This document shows positions 1 through 9,065 of a stretch of DNA of 64,000 nt, piece by piece (the first letter of the stretch is position 1; every line of letters begins with the position of its first letter). The stretch spans positions 2,208,001 through 2,272,000 of the forward strand of contig OZ244207.1 of assembly GCA_965216875.1 (NCBI GenBank), in the 5' to 3' direction. The stretch comes from Rubripirellula sp. (GTDB lineage Bacteria; Planctomycetota; Planctomycetia; Pirellulales; Pirellulaceae). A program made the position numbers and the translations under genes. The notes under the pieces are model-generated. The model ran no database searches and had not been told where the DNA came from. It saw nothing but the letters and a program-made list of their open reading frames with translations.

Positions 1-79
1 GTCGTTTGTTCAAAAGAACACAAAGGGTTTCGCATCCGCAGTGAATCACGCCACGAAACGCGATCTGTCGGAGCGTGAT

Positions 80-1513
80 TCAGTCCTTGGTTGCAGTGTA
101 GGCGTATCGGTTATTGACCGACGGATCGAAAAGCCCCGCGTTGTTCCACGGTTTCATTTCCTCTGCAACCGCCTCAACAATGCGATCAGACGAATCTCGC
201 GAACGAAGCAACTTGCAACACCGCTGCACAGCACCAACAAAAGCTTCATCATCGGCGTTCCAAAGATGGCTCGGTTCATCGCCGACAAGGATCCTCTCCT
301 CGCATGCAATGGCACCCGCAAAGTAGATCATGCAGCTGGCCGTAAAGCGTTTAAAGTCATCCATCGTCTCGTACGCAGTAGCGACCAATCGGTCGAGCAA
401 ACGAGACTCCTCGGCGATTGCGTTACGATAACCTGCAATCTCAGGTTCGCCGCCTGCATCAAGCACAAGCTTCGCCACGCGTGACACACCGGATAGTGCA
501 TGCGCGATCCCTGTGCTGTGAAGTGGATCGATGGTCACGGCCGCCGTTGGCAACATGATGGCTCGGTTGTGAACCACCGGGTCATAGAGACGCTGCAATC
601 GCGTCGTCACCCTCGGTTCATCTCTGGGAAAGACAACCGAGGCGTTCTCAAATAGCGTCCTAAGCGACGGGAATCGATCAAAGTCAAGCGACAGCGGCAC
701 GTCATTTGCCGAAGTCATCCCCACGCTCGTGATGTTGTTATCAAGACGAAGCATCCAAATCCAACTGCGGTCGCCGATGAGATGATGCTGCGCCGCCGCG
801 TCGCAATCAAATGGGTCTGATGCAGTATCGATTCCCGCTCCCGCGAGGGCTTCCCGCCATGATCCAAGATTCTCGTAGTGCGCGAAAACGGAACGTGTGT
901 TGGTTTCCAACTCAAGTTGCAGCCGGCCAGCAAGTCGAGCCATCACGTTCCCTTGCCCGGACGCATCGATGATCCAATCGGCCGCGATCTTTTCCGTTCC
1001 TTCGGTCCTGTTCTCAAGACGCAAGCGGTTTTCTCCGATCGACGAGTCCTCATCGACGCACCAGCCCGACCAATCGATCGCACCGGCCGAAATCGCCTGA
1101 TCAAACAGCCAATGGTCCACCTCACTTCGATACCAATGTGTATCCGAAGATTCCTGCGAGGCACTCGCTGCCACCAACAAACTGCTGCAATGTTCGGCGC
1201 TATCGTCAAAAGGCTTGCCAGGTGCGTGTACGAAATAGCTGAACCCGCGTTTTGCGCCACACGTGATGTTTGGCAAGTCACGTTTCCAACGCCCGTACGT
1301 CGCCATCGAAACGAGTTCGTCGATGCCGTATTGCTGACCAAGCCGGCGCAACATCAAATCCGCGATCGGCGTGGACGACTCTCCGATTGCAAATCGCGGA
1401 TGGTGCTGGGCATCGATCAAAGCAACGCGGCGGCCTTTTTTCGCAAGGATCCAAGCCAATATCGATCCAGAGAAACCCGAGCCAATGATCGCGATGTCAA
1501 ACACTTTCGACAT
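80..1513 (-). CDS. Flavin-dependent halogenase-like protein (tryptophan halogenase superfamily)
   Basis: 477 aa. Rossmann GxGxxG (IIGSGFSG), PRFAIGESSTP, a Lys in GAKRGF at the usual catalytic-Lys position, WIWMLR (WxWxIP-like) and IDPLHSTG. Confidence 0.8.
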   Translation of the reverse strand: MSKVFDIAIIGSGFSGSILAWILAKKGRRVALIDAQHHPRFAIGESSTPIADLMLRRLGQQYGIDELVSMATYGRWKRDLPNITCGAKRGFSYFVHAPGKPFDDSAEHCSSLLVAASASQESSDTHWYRSEVDHWLFDQAISAGAIDWSGWCVDEDSSIGENRLRLENRTEGTEKIAADWIIDASGQGNVMARLAGRLQLELETNTRSVFAHYENLGSWREALAGAGIDTASDPFDCDAAAQHHLIGDRSWIWMLRLDNNITSVGMTSANDVPLSLDFDRFPSLRTLFENASVVFPRDEPRVTTRLQRLYDPVVHNRAIMLPTAAVTIDPLHSTGIAHALSGVSRVAKLVLDAGGEPEIAGYRNAIAEESRLLDRLVATAYETMDDFKRFTASCMIYFAGAIACEERILVGDEPSHLWNADDEAFVGAVQRCCKLLRSRDSSDRIVEAVAEEMKPWNNAGLFDPSVNNRYAYTATKD

Positions 1514-1515
1514 GC

Positions 1516-2409
1516 CTAGTGGGTCCCTTGCGTGACGTTGCGACGCTTCACTTGCTCAAGCAAGGCGGTGTTTCCGTCGTTCGAAGCAATATCCCAAACA
1601 TCTACCGTCACAAAGCAGCGTCCACGCATTTCAATTTGGCAATCGACTTGCAACTGTGCCAGTTCTTCAAGGGACACTTCGGGAAGCTCTGCGGCGCGGC
1701 CGTTCCAACCGTGACCCGCCCTTGCTGGAATCAAACTGACGTGGCGCGCGCCCATTGCCGCCGCATGCCGCACCGAAACTTTGGCCCAGCGAACGGACGC
1801 GTCAACGCTCTGGCCAGGCATGCCGACGATCAGGAAGACGCGTAACGCAATCGCTTCACTTTGCAGCCATTTGGCGAACTGATCAAAGTCATCCCGAGTC
1901 ATTTTCTTCGCGAGCCGGGAAAGCCAACGGGGTTGAACCGTCTCCAGCCCGACCGCGATCTCCAACGGCGCTTCGATCATGTCACGAAACCCCAGGATCA
2001 AATCGCGGCCAATCTTGGGATGGTTCTCGACCACGATTCGGCCAAATCCTTGGCAAAATTGAGCAATCGCTGCGTAGTCGCGAGGCGGAATACTTCGTGG
2101 ATCGAAAAAGTTGCCACTGTTGTAGAGTTTCAACCAATTAGCCGATCGGCTCGCCAACTCGGCTGCTTCCAATTGCCGCGGCACGGCCCCTGCGGGAGTT
2201 GAATCCTCAAGGGTATGCTGCCACAGATCGCACATATTGCATCCGATCGGGCACTCCGACACGGTCAAAAAGACGGTCGTCGCGGCAACACCGTCGGCTG
2301 TCCCATCCGGCTCCCGTTCGTCAATCACCGCGTAGGGGCGATCGGCCGAAAGTGTGCGTCGGGCAGGCGGATTTTTCGGCGGCATTGTGCTAACATCATG
2401 CAACATCAA
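1516..2409 (-). CDS. Radical SAM protein, TIGR01210/RaSEA-like
   Basis: CxxxCxxC (CPIGCNMC), YNSGNFFD, VENHP, IAVGLET. Its stop lies 2 bp upstream of the halogenase start. Exact start uncertain. Confidence 0.8.
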   Translation of the reverse strand: MMLHDVSTMPPKNPPARRTLSADRPYAVIDEREPDGTADGVAATTVFLTVSECPIGCNMCDLWQHTLEDSTPAGAVPRQLEAAELASRSANWLKLYNSGNFFDPRSIPPRDYAAIAQFCQGFGRIVVENHPKIGRDLILGFRDMIEAPLEIAVGLETVQPRWLSRLAKKMTRDDFDQFAKWLQSEAIALRVFLIVGMPGQSVDASVRWAKVSVRHAAAMGARHVSLIPARAGHGWNGRAAELPEVSLEELAQLQVDCQIEMRGRCFVTVDVWDIASNDGNTALLEQVKRRNVTQGTH

Positions 2410-2475
2410 GAATTGGCGGGACCCTCGTTCCCGCAGCCTCTCATCATTCTGTTTGCTTCCCGTTTTCGCAACATC

Positions 2476-3570
2476 ATGACGTACTTCTCAAGTTTCCGAA
2501 ACTTGCTTCTTATCGGCTTTTGCGTTTGTCTGCAGGCCTTGGCGGTCGCCGACGAAGGTCCACTCGTCTTTCAGGGCGATCGCGGCCCCGGCGTCGGAAA
2601 GCATATCGTCTTTCTCGCTGGCGATCACGAATACCGCTCGGAAGAAGCACTTCCCGCGCTGGCGCGATTGATTGCCAAGCACCACGGTTTCAAATGCACC
2701 GTCTTGTTCACGGTCGATCCCAAAACGGGCGTGATCGTTCCTGGCAACAACCACATGCCACACACCGATTCGATCCGTTCTGCGGACCTCTTGGTCTTTG
2801 GCCTTCGGTTTCAAGATTTCCCAGCCGAGCAAATGCAACCGATCGTCGACTACCTCGACATGGGTGGTCCCGTTGTCGGCACGCGCACCAGCACACACGC
2901 GTTCAAGATCCCTGCCGATTCCAAGTTCGCTCGCTTTGATCACAAGTATGCGGGCGCTGAAATGAAAGGTGGTTTTGGCCGTCAAATCCTTGGTGAAACT
3001 TGGGTCAGTCACTACGGCAAGAACCACGTCATGAGTACGCGGCTCGATATCGTCGCATCACAAAAGGAACACCCTGTGCTTTGCGGCGTCAAAGATCCTT
3101 GGGTGGAAGCTGGCGGCTACTGGGTCGACCCGATGCCCAACAGCATCGTTCTTGCCAACGCGCAACCGTTGCTCGGAATGAAACCCGACTCGCCCGTCGC
3201 ACCCGACAAAGATCCTTGTCCCGGTGCTTGGGTCCGCACCTACAAGAGCACGAGCGGAAAGAACGGCCGTGTCTTCACCACCACCTATGGCGCATCAGAA
3301 GATCTCCGCAATGACGGCTTTCGACGGATGATGGTCAACGCATGCTTCTGGGCCATCGGCCTTGAATCAAAGATTGAGGCCGACTTGAACATCGCGTTTG
3401 TGGGCGACTACAACCCTTCGACCTTCTCCTTCGGCGGCCACAAGCTGGGCGTCAAGCCGCTCGACATGGCAGGCTGGGAATCGCCCATCATGGAGCCGTC
3501 CAAACCCAACGGCACGCGTCCCAAGAAGAAGGAAAAGAAAGCCAATCGAGCATCGTCCACCGGCGGCTGA
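2476..3570 (+). CDS. Secreted ThuA-like (class I glutamine amidotransferase fold) domain protein
   Basis: ATG 2476 gives a signal peptide (…LQALAVA-DE). Motifs KHIVFLAGDHEYRSEE, GTRTSTHAF, GRVFTTTYG, NACFWA. Confidence 0.75.
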   Translation: MTYFSSFRNLLLIGFCVCLQALAVADEGPLVFQGDRGPGVGKHIVFLAGDHEYRSEEALPALARLIAKHHGFKCTVLFTVDPKTGVIVPGNNHMPHTDSIRSADLLVFGLRFQDFPAEQMQPIVDYLDMGGPVVGTRTSTHAFKIPADSKFARFDHKYAGAEMKGGFGRQILGETWVSHYGKNHVMSTRLDIVASQKEHPVLCGVKDPWVEAGGYWVDPMPNSIVLANAQPLLGMKPDSPVAPDKDPCPGAWVRTYKSTSGKNGRVFTTTYGASEDLRNDGFRRMMVNACFWAIGLESKIEADLNIAFVGDYNPSTFSFGGHKLGVKPLDMAGWESPIMEPSKPNGTRPKKKEKKANRASSTGG

Positions 3571-3584
3571 TCTGGAAGCGGACT

Positions 3585-4175
3585 TCAGCGAGCTCTGATT
3601 TCCTGCAGCTTGGCGCGAAGGTCGCAGGCCCGCTCGGGGCAACGAGTCAGTCCTTCCTCAGCCAGTTCGTTTGCACGCTTCGCGTCGCCAAGATGCACCG
3701 CTAGCCGCGCGAGTGTAAGCAACTCGATGGGATGCACCGAACACTCATCAACTTCGGCAATCAGAGTTGAAAAATCATCAGGGTAGTGGCTGTATCGCTC
3801 ATAGAACGGGTACCCGAATTTGGGCCAGTGATCACAGATTGAGGAAACCGACTCCTGCATTTCTGCTTCGGTTGTTCCGTATGCCCAACCGGTCGCTGGG
3901 CCCGTAGGCGGCTCCAAACGCCCGCGAAACACGCACTCGTATTCCTTCAGTTTCTTCGCATCGGGCGTCGAGCCAGCAGGCGTCGGCAAGAACATTAGAT
4001 GTGCGCCCATATTCAAATAGCACGAAGTTCCACCGGAAGATCCTTGAACATTGAACACATGGACCACCGGATCGTCGTAGCGGCGCAGTGTCGCACCGGA
4101 ACCTCGAAAGCCTTCCGACCGGAGGAGCGGATAGAAACGCTTTGACAACAACTTGCTAAACGCTTTGAGGTCCAT
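3585..4175 (-). CDS. DUF4304-like hypothetical protein
   Basis: 196 aa. The N-terminus PLLRSEGFRGSG…VFNVQGSS…YLNMG matches the DUF4304 pattern, followed by a short helical C-terminus. Confidence 0.6.
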   Translation of the reverse strand: MDLKAFSKLLSKRFYPLLRSEGFRGSGATLRRYDDPVVHVFNVQGSSGGTSCYLNMGAHLMFLPTPAGSTPDAKKLKEYECVFRGRLEPPTGPATGWAYGTTEAEMQESVSSICDHWPKFGYPFYERYSHYPDDFSTLIAEVDECSVHPIELLTLARLAVHLGDAKRANELAEEGLTRCPERACDLRAKLQEIRAR

Positions 4176-4177
4176 CG

Positions 4178-4822
4178 CTATCCTATCGAAAAACGCCTAC
4201 GCGTCCGCGCCGGCCGCTTTGTCCGGCACGCAACGATCGCAGTATCATCCCACAAATCGCCACTCGGCAGCCGCACCAACTCGATGCAAGCACGTGGAAT
4301 CGCATAGAAATCGGTTGTAGCGATAAGCCGTATCACCTGGTCCTGCTTCGCGTAGTTGAAAAAACCATCCGTGCCAACCAGAAGCGTGCCCTCGAGCGGA
4401 CCGTGCCAGAAGGGGGCGGGCTTGGCTGACTTCGAGCCAAGGAGTGGCTTGCGAACTTGCGTGCGTGTTAGGTCAGTGACATTGGGCCCATCAACCACCC
4501 ATGCGCAGCTGTCGCCAACGCTTGCACCAAGGATCCGGTCAGCATGAATGTCGACGATCACAGCGGTGGTCTCACCATGCGTCACCGTGAAGTCGACTTG
4601 AGCTAGAAATTTCGACCAACCGGTCGATTCATTGATCGAGGCGTACCGCAATCGTGTCTCACGAAGCAGCATTTCGGCAGCAAGATGTCCGTCACCGGTT
4701 CCACCAGCGCCATCGGCGACCACGATCAAAGTGCGGTCACCATCAACGATCACTTCAACGCGATCTTCGCAGATCTCCCGATACGCTTCGACAACCTTTG
4801 CAGTTTCAATTGATGTCACCAT
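4178..4822 (-). CDS. PP2C/PPM-family protein phosphatase domain protein
   Basis: Metal-binding motifs CEDR, VVADGAGG, VGDS, GTDG and DDTAIV. Confidence 0.85.
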   Translation of the reverse strand: MVTSIETAKVVEAYREICEDRVEVIVDGDRTLIVVADGAGGTGDGHLAAEMLLRETRLRYASINESTGWSKFLAQVDFTVTHGETTAVIVDIHADRILGASVGDSCAWVVDGPNVTDLTRTQVRKPLLGSKSAKPAPFWHGPLEGTLLVGTDGFFNYAKQDQVIRLIATTDFYAIPRACIELVRLPSGDLWDDTAIVACRTKRPARTRRRFSIG

Positions 4823-5304
4823 TGGTATTCCAGGTTGGACGTTCAGGTGAGCGGCATCGACTCAGTTTGCAATCGTCCGCACCACCGTCATTTAGCGGAG
4901 GATCGCAACTCGCGTCGTTAGTCATCGTCTTCAGCTTTGCCGTCTTCTTCGTAGGTCATCCTCCGCATGACGGGCCATCAGCCTCCCATTTGACACGTCT
5001 CCATGCCGCCCCTACCTCGAACAGTCGAGCGTTACGACGTCACAAGGATCGGTTTCATGGCGTCCCTATCAACAATCAGCGTCCATCTGAGTTCATCTGC
5101 GGTAGTCGAGAATGAGCACCGAACGACGCGTCCAACCGCAAAAGTCACTGCGGGGTCCGTTGCTACTTCGCGTAAGCCCGATTCTTGCGACAGGTACTCC
5201 ATTTCAAAAGGTAGATGCAATCGGGACCTCCGCTTCCACGCGTGATCGGAGTCGGTTCCATGGCGACTCCGGTCGTGGACGCAGATTGACGCTCTCAATC
5301 GAAA

Positions 5305-6042
5305 TCAAAAACAATCCCATGCGAGGGACCATTTTTTGCGCTCGCGATAGACAGCGGCAGTACCGTCATGGCCCCATTGAAAGTTTGCTTTGCTCTCACT
5401 GCCAATTTGGATTGCATAGCCACGGTAATTTAAACCGTTCTGGCACGAACAGGGCCATCCGCCCACCTTGGTTCTTGGATTGGAACTGTAATGCCGCTCC
5501 AACACGGTTGCCCAATCACTCAACGTCCAGAAACGTTCTTGCTTGGCATCATCGACCAAACCAATGAAATCGGGGTAGGAAGTGATTTCGTTGGTCACCT
5601 TTTCCCACTCAATCCGGCACGGCTTAAGGTTCGATTCGAACGGTTTGAACATCTCACTTAATCCACGCAAGCTGGGATAGGTACGCACAACCACTCCATC
5701 GCCTTCGGCGTCCAAAGGATAAACCCTTGAACCTTCGGGATTGCTACCACACGGATAGAAAACCTGAATCAGCGCAATCCCGGCGAGCTCTTTTGGACAA
5801 TAGGGCAGGTCTTTCGTCCGCACCTGAAGCAAGCCTTCGAGCGGTTCGCCATCACCGTTTTCAGGCCAGGTCGACTCCTTGCGGCCAGCGAAGACGCCAC
5901 CGAAACAAGATTCAGTCGGAAGGGTTTGTTTACGACGTTTGAGTACCGCGATGGATGCCGGCAAAAGATGACGGTCGAGCTCCGCAAAATAGTCCTCGAT
6001 AATCTGCTTGCGTTCAGTCGCCGATACTGCCCTCTTCTTCAT
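5305..6042 (-). CDS. DUF1963 (YwqG-like) protein
   Basis: SCFGG…WP…GEPL..LLQV..DLP, TKVGGWP..Q, QIGS…WG.DG and a terminal W.C are typical of DUF1963. Confidence 0.7.
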   Translation of the reverse strand: MKKRAVSATERKQIIEDYFAELDRHLLPASIAVLKRRKQTLPTESCFGGVFAGRKESTWPENGDGEPLEGLLQVRTKDLPYCPKELAGIALIQVFYPCGSNPEGSRVYPLDAEGDGVVVRTYPSLRGLSEMFKPFESNLKPCRIEWEKVTNEITSYPDFIGLVDDAKQERFWTLSDWATVLERHYSSNPRTKVGGWPCSCQNGLNYRGYAIQIGSESKANFQWGHDGTAAVYRERKKWSLAWDCF

Positions 6043-6127
6043 GATGCAAAGGACTCCACCGAGTGATCAGGAGCGATACGACGGCCACAAGAAACACAAA
6101 AGGGCACAAGAGAGAAACAGTGGATTT

Positions 6128-6151
6128 GGTGCGTGCAAGCACACACCCTAC
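6128..6151 (-). repeat. REP-like family A, solo copy (GTAGGGTGTGTGCTTGCACGCACC)
   Basis: Exact reverse complement of the 24-mer that recurs at 6876, 15677, 50093 and 55030. Confidence 0.9.
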
Positions 6152-6244
6152 TCGGATCAATGGAGTTTATATCGAGGATTGATCGGCGACTTTGCCGATG
6201 GATTCAGCCACAATTGAGAATGTCGGGGCATCGGCCGTCGATCG

Positions 6245-6841
6245 TCACCGTCCATACTTAGCCGGCGTGGGAATGCCGTTTTCGGCGATATCAATGTAAC
6301 GTTCCGAGTTAACGAAATCGATGATTGAGTTGCGAAGCCGATCGACCTCGCCACGGTCATCCTTCACGGACAACCCTTCGAGATCCGCCTGGGTGACCCT
6401 GCTCAGCTTTTGGATTTTTCGTACGTCATCAAGACTCAGCGGAGTCACGTCTGCTGCCTGCAAGAGCTCAATCAACTGAACTTCGTCCGTTGAGCGTACT
6501 GGAATCAGGCGTTCATTAAAGCACAATCGCCCGGGGGAGTCGGGAACATTGAGAACATATTCGCCGGTTAGCTTGATTTGGTTCAGTCGCACAACACAAC
6601 GATGCCCCGAACCACTGACACCATAAATTTCAATTGTTCCACCGTCCTGATAGTAGGCGCCGGCAACGAGCGACAGTGAGCGAACGTCCGCGATATCGAG
6701 CGCTTCATGGTGCCAAGGATCCGAAGTCTCGCTGGGCGAATCGGAACACCCAACGAAACAAAGGGTAAAACCAACGAAGAGGAGGACAGTACACGTCTCC
6801 ACACTGGCGCCACGTCGTTGGCTAGTCGCTTCGAAATTCAT
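6245..6841 (-). CDS. Hypothetical lipoprotein
   Basis: ATG 6841 is followed by a hydrophobic stretch and lipobox FVGC. The longer track ORF (to 7012) only reads through a REP pair. Confidence 0.55.
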   Translation of the reverse strand: MNFEATSQRRGASVETCTVLLFVGFTLCFVGCSDSPSETSDPWHHEALDIADVRSLSLVAGAYYQDGGTIEIYGVSGSGHRCVVRLNQIKLTGEYVLNVPDSPGRLCFNERLIPVRSTDEVQLIELLQAADVTPLSLDDVRKIQKLSRVTQADLEGLSVKDDRGEVDRLRNSIIDFVNSERYIDIAENGIPTPAKYGR

Positions 6842-6875
6842 CGCTTGTGGGTCGCCAAAGGTTGCAAAATGGCAG

Positions 6876-6975
6876 GTAGGGTGTGTGCTTGCACGCACCA
6901 TCGCCGGCGCGTTCGAGCTGCCAATGCGTAAATGGGCATGAATTCGACGGCCGTGCGTGCAAGCACAAACCCTAC
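6876..6975. repeat. REP-like family A inverted pair (REPIN-like)
   Basis: GTAGGGTGTGTGCTTGCACGCACC at 6876-6899 and a two-mismatch inverse copy at 6952-6975. Confidence 0.85.
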
Positions 6976-7088
6976 CAAAATGACCAAACGCCCAGACCGT
7001 TTGACGTGACATTCTTGTCTTGGCTCGGCATCAATCGCTAGACTCTTGCGTTTCCCGCCCGCTTTTCGAATGCCCACCGAGCCGATTG

Positions 7089-8027
7089 ATGAAAATTGTC
7101 AGCGCTGATGAAGTTCATGCCGCTTTGCGTTTCCCCGACCTCGTTGACGCACTCCAGGACGCGTTCTCGAAAGACTTCACAATGCCACCGCGCAAAGTCT
7201 TTTTGTTGGACGAAAAGGACGACAATCACGATGCGTTCGCACTGCTGCCGTCCTGGAATGACAAGGTGATCGGCGTCAAAGCGTTTACCTATTTCCCAAG
7301 TCCCGCCGAAGGCTATCAGTCACTCTATTCAAAGATCATGCTGTTTGATCGCGAACATGGCCAGCCACTGGCTCTCGTTGATGGGACGACCGTCACCTTC
7401 TGGCGCACCGCTGGGATCTCTGGGCTCGCTTCGCGGCTGCTTTCGCGCGAGGACTCCGAAACTCTCTTGCTCTTGGGAACCGGAAACCTGTCCACGTACA
7501 TCATTCGAGCCCAGGCGAGTGTGCGCTCGCTCAAACGCGTCATGATCTGGGGCCGAACACCTAGCAAGGCTGCAGCGGTCGCTGAAACGATGCGGAGCGA
7601 ATTGCCCGAGATTGAATTCGCCACCGTTGAAGATGTCGAGGCAGCGTGCGGCGAGGCAGACATCGTCGTTGCGGCCACAGGATCTCATGAGCCTGTCGTC
7701 AAAGGCGACTGGATCAAACCGGGAACTCACACCGACTTCATCGGCAACCATCACGCCACCAAACGTGAGTGTGACACGGCACTTGTTGCCAAATCAAAAC
7801 TCTATGCAGACAGCCGCGACAACTGTTTTCGTGAAGCGGGTGAGATTCTTGTGCCGATTTCTGAGGGTGTCATTAGCGAAGAATCGGTGGTCGGCCAGTT
7901 GACCGAGATGTGCACTGCAGCGGTGCCGCTTCGCGAATCGGCCGACGAGATCACGCTATTCAAATCGATCGGCATGGCGCTGAGTGACCTTGTTGGTGCA
8001 AGCTGCGTGTACGATTCGGTCAAATAG
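7089..8027 (+). CDS. Ornithine cyclodeaminase/mu-crystallin family protein (LhpI-like imine reductase)
   Basis: ALVDGTTVTFWRTA, LLGTG, WGRT, DIVVAATGS, GTHTDFIG and ITLFKSIGMALSDL. Start moved to ATG 7089. Confidence 0.9.
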   Translation: MKIVSADEVHAALRFPDLVDALQDAFSKDFTMPPRKVFLLDEKDDNHDAFALLPSWNDKVIGVKAFTYFPSPAEGYQSLYSKIMLFDREHGQPLALVDGTTVTFWRTAGISGLASRLLSREDSETLLLLGTGNLSTYIIRAQASVRSLKRVMIWGRTPSKAAAVAETMRSELPEIEFATVEDVEAACGEADIVVAATGSHEPVVKGDWIKPGTHTDFIGNHHATKRECDTALVAKSKLYADSRDNCFREAGEILVPISEGVISEESVVGQLTEMCTAAVPLRESADEITLFKSIGMALSDLVGASCVYDSVK

Positions 8028-8047
8028 ATCAACGCTCACGTTTTAAA

Positions 8048-8278
8048 ACTCTCCCTTGTGCCCTTGAGAGAGCTGCGCACTCAGGCCCGGAGAGGGTTTG
8101 ACTGTCTGGGGATCATTCCCTCCCCGGACTTTGCGTCCGACCCTCCTGAAAGGAGGTCGTCCGGTTTTCCAATTTCACTCTCCCTCTGGGAGAGTCGGCC
8201 TCTAAGGGCCGGAGAGGGTCTTCTAGGTTCGGCCCTCCCCGGCCGCTACCGCGTCCGACCCTCCCGGCGGGAGGGTGA
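8048..8278. repeat. Two tandem copies of a ~105-bp palindromic element (family E, ACTCTCCC…GGGAGAGT…CCCTCC…GGAGGGT)
   Basis: Copies at 8048-8157 and 8177-8278. The first closely matches the reverse complement of 31336-31443. Lies between convergent genes. Confidence 0.85.
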
Positions 8279-8339
8279 TTGTCGGAACGCACGTTAACCT
8301 AGGAAAACACTTCACCGCGACTCTATTCCGCGGCATTCG

Positions 8340-8933
8340 CTAAGGCAGGTCCCGTCGAAAGCCGGCGATCAAGATCCCGGCTGAAATGCTTGTCGCAAGA
8401 ATGACGCCAACAGAAACGACCGTCAAATCACCGAACACATAGGCCGGTAGCGCGGTGAACACGAAGTAGACGACCAAAACGGCGACGGCAACGCGACGGT
8501 AGCTCTTGCGGTCAACTTCCCAGTTCCGGGACCGATACCGAAACAACGCACCGCCGAGTGGGAAACCAAGAAAATAGCCAACTGGTTCCCACGGGGTGGA
8601 GTGACGTGTCGCGAAGCTGACGGAAAAAAAGAACCAAGCGATTCCGGCCAGCAGCAGATAGAGGGTGGGTCCAATTTTTCGTGTCCGATGATCAGCCGAA
8701 AGGATCGGCTTGTACGGAGCGGTCTCTACTTCAACCTCAAGATCAGAAAAGAACCGTTTGGCATGGTTCGACTGGACGCCTGCCGACTGCAGGCCGGTGT
8801 CGTACAGTCGCAGCACCATCATGACGAACGCAAACCCGCCAATTGCGATCACGTAACCGGTGACTTGGGCGATCGCGCACAGAAACGCTGCCGCGACCGA
8901 CCACATGATCAAATTTCGAATCGAGAATCTCAT
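8340..8933 (-). CDS. Hypothetical integral membrane protein
   Basis: 197 aa with about six hydrophobic segments. The N-terminus MRFSIRNL is of a type common in planctomycetes. Confidence 0.65.
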   Translation of the reverse strand: MRFSIRNLIMWSVAAAFLCAIAQVTGYVIAIGGFAFVMMVLRLYDTGLQSAGVQSNHAKRFFSDLEVEVETAPYKPILSADHRTRKIGPTLYLLLAGIAWFFFSVSFATRHSTPWEPVGYFLGFPLGGALFRYRSRNWEVDRKSYRRVAVAVLVVYFVFTALPAYVFGDLTVVSVGVILATSISAGILIAGFRRDLP

Positions 8934-9065
8934 TCGCCGTTTGAGCCCCCACCCTCTGCCACGCTCGCCTCTATCCTACAACATCGCTGTGCCGCAGGAA
9001 CGGCGAACCCGCTACACTGACGCATTATCGATGTCGACCACTCACACCCACCTAGGACGCTGAAC

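Noticed and set aside
5032..5298. 88-aa minus-strand ORF between PP2C and DUF1963
   Set aside because: TTG start and no recognisable motif. It may be a real small gene or a remnant, but I cannot support it.
6083..6112. A-rich ccacaagaaacacaaaagggcacaag tract (loosely similar tracts near 10-27 and 14877-14905)
   Set aside because: It could be another dispersed repeat family, but the copies are too divergent and low in complexity to support from this window.
6842..7012. N-terminal extension of the 6245 ORF and other 'RVCACTH / CLHAP / VQAHTL' ORFs (15599, 15684, 50098, 55010, 55037)
   Set aside because: These peptides are translations of REP family A, not protein motifs.
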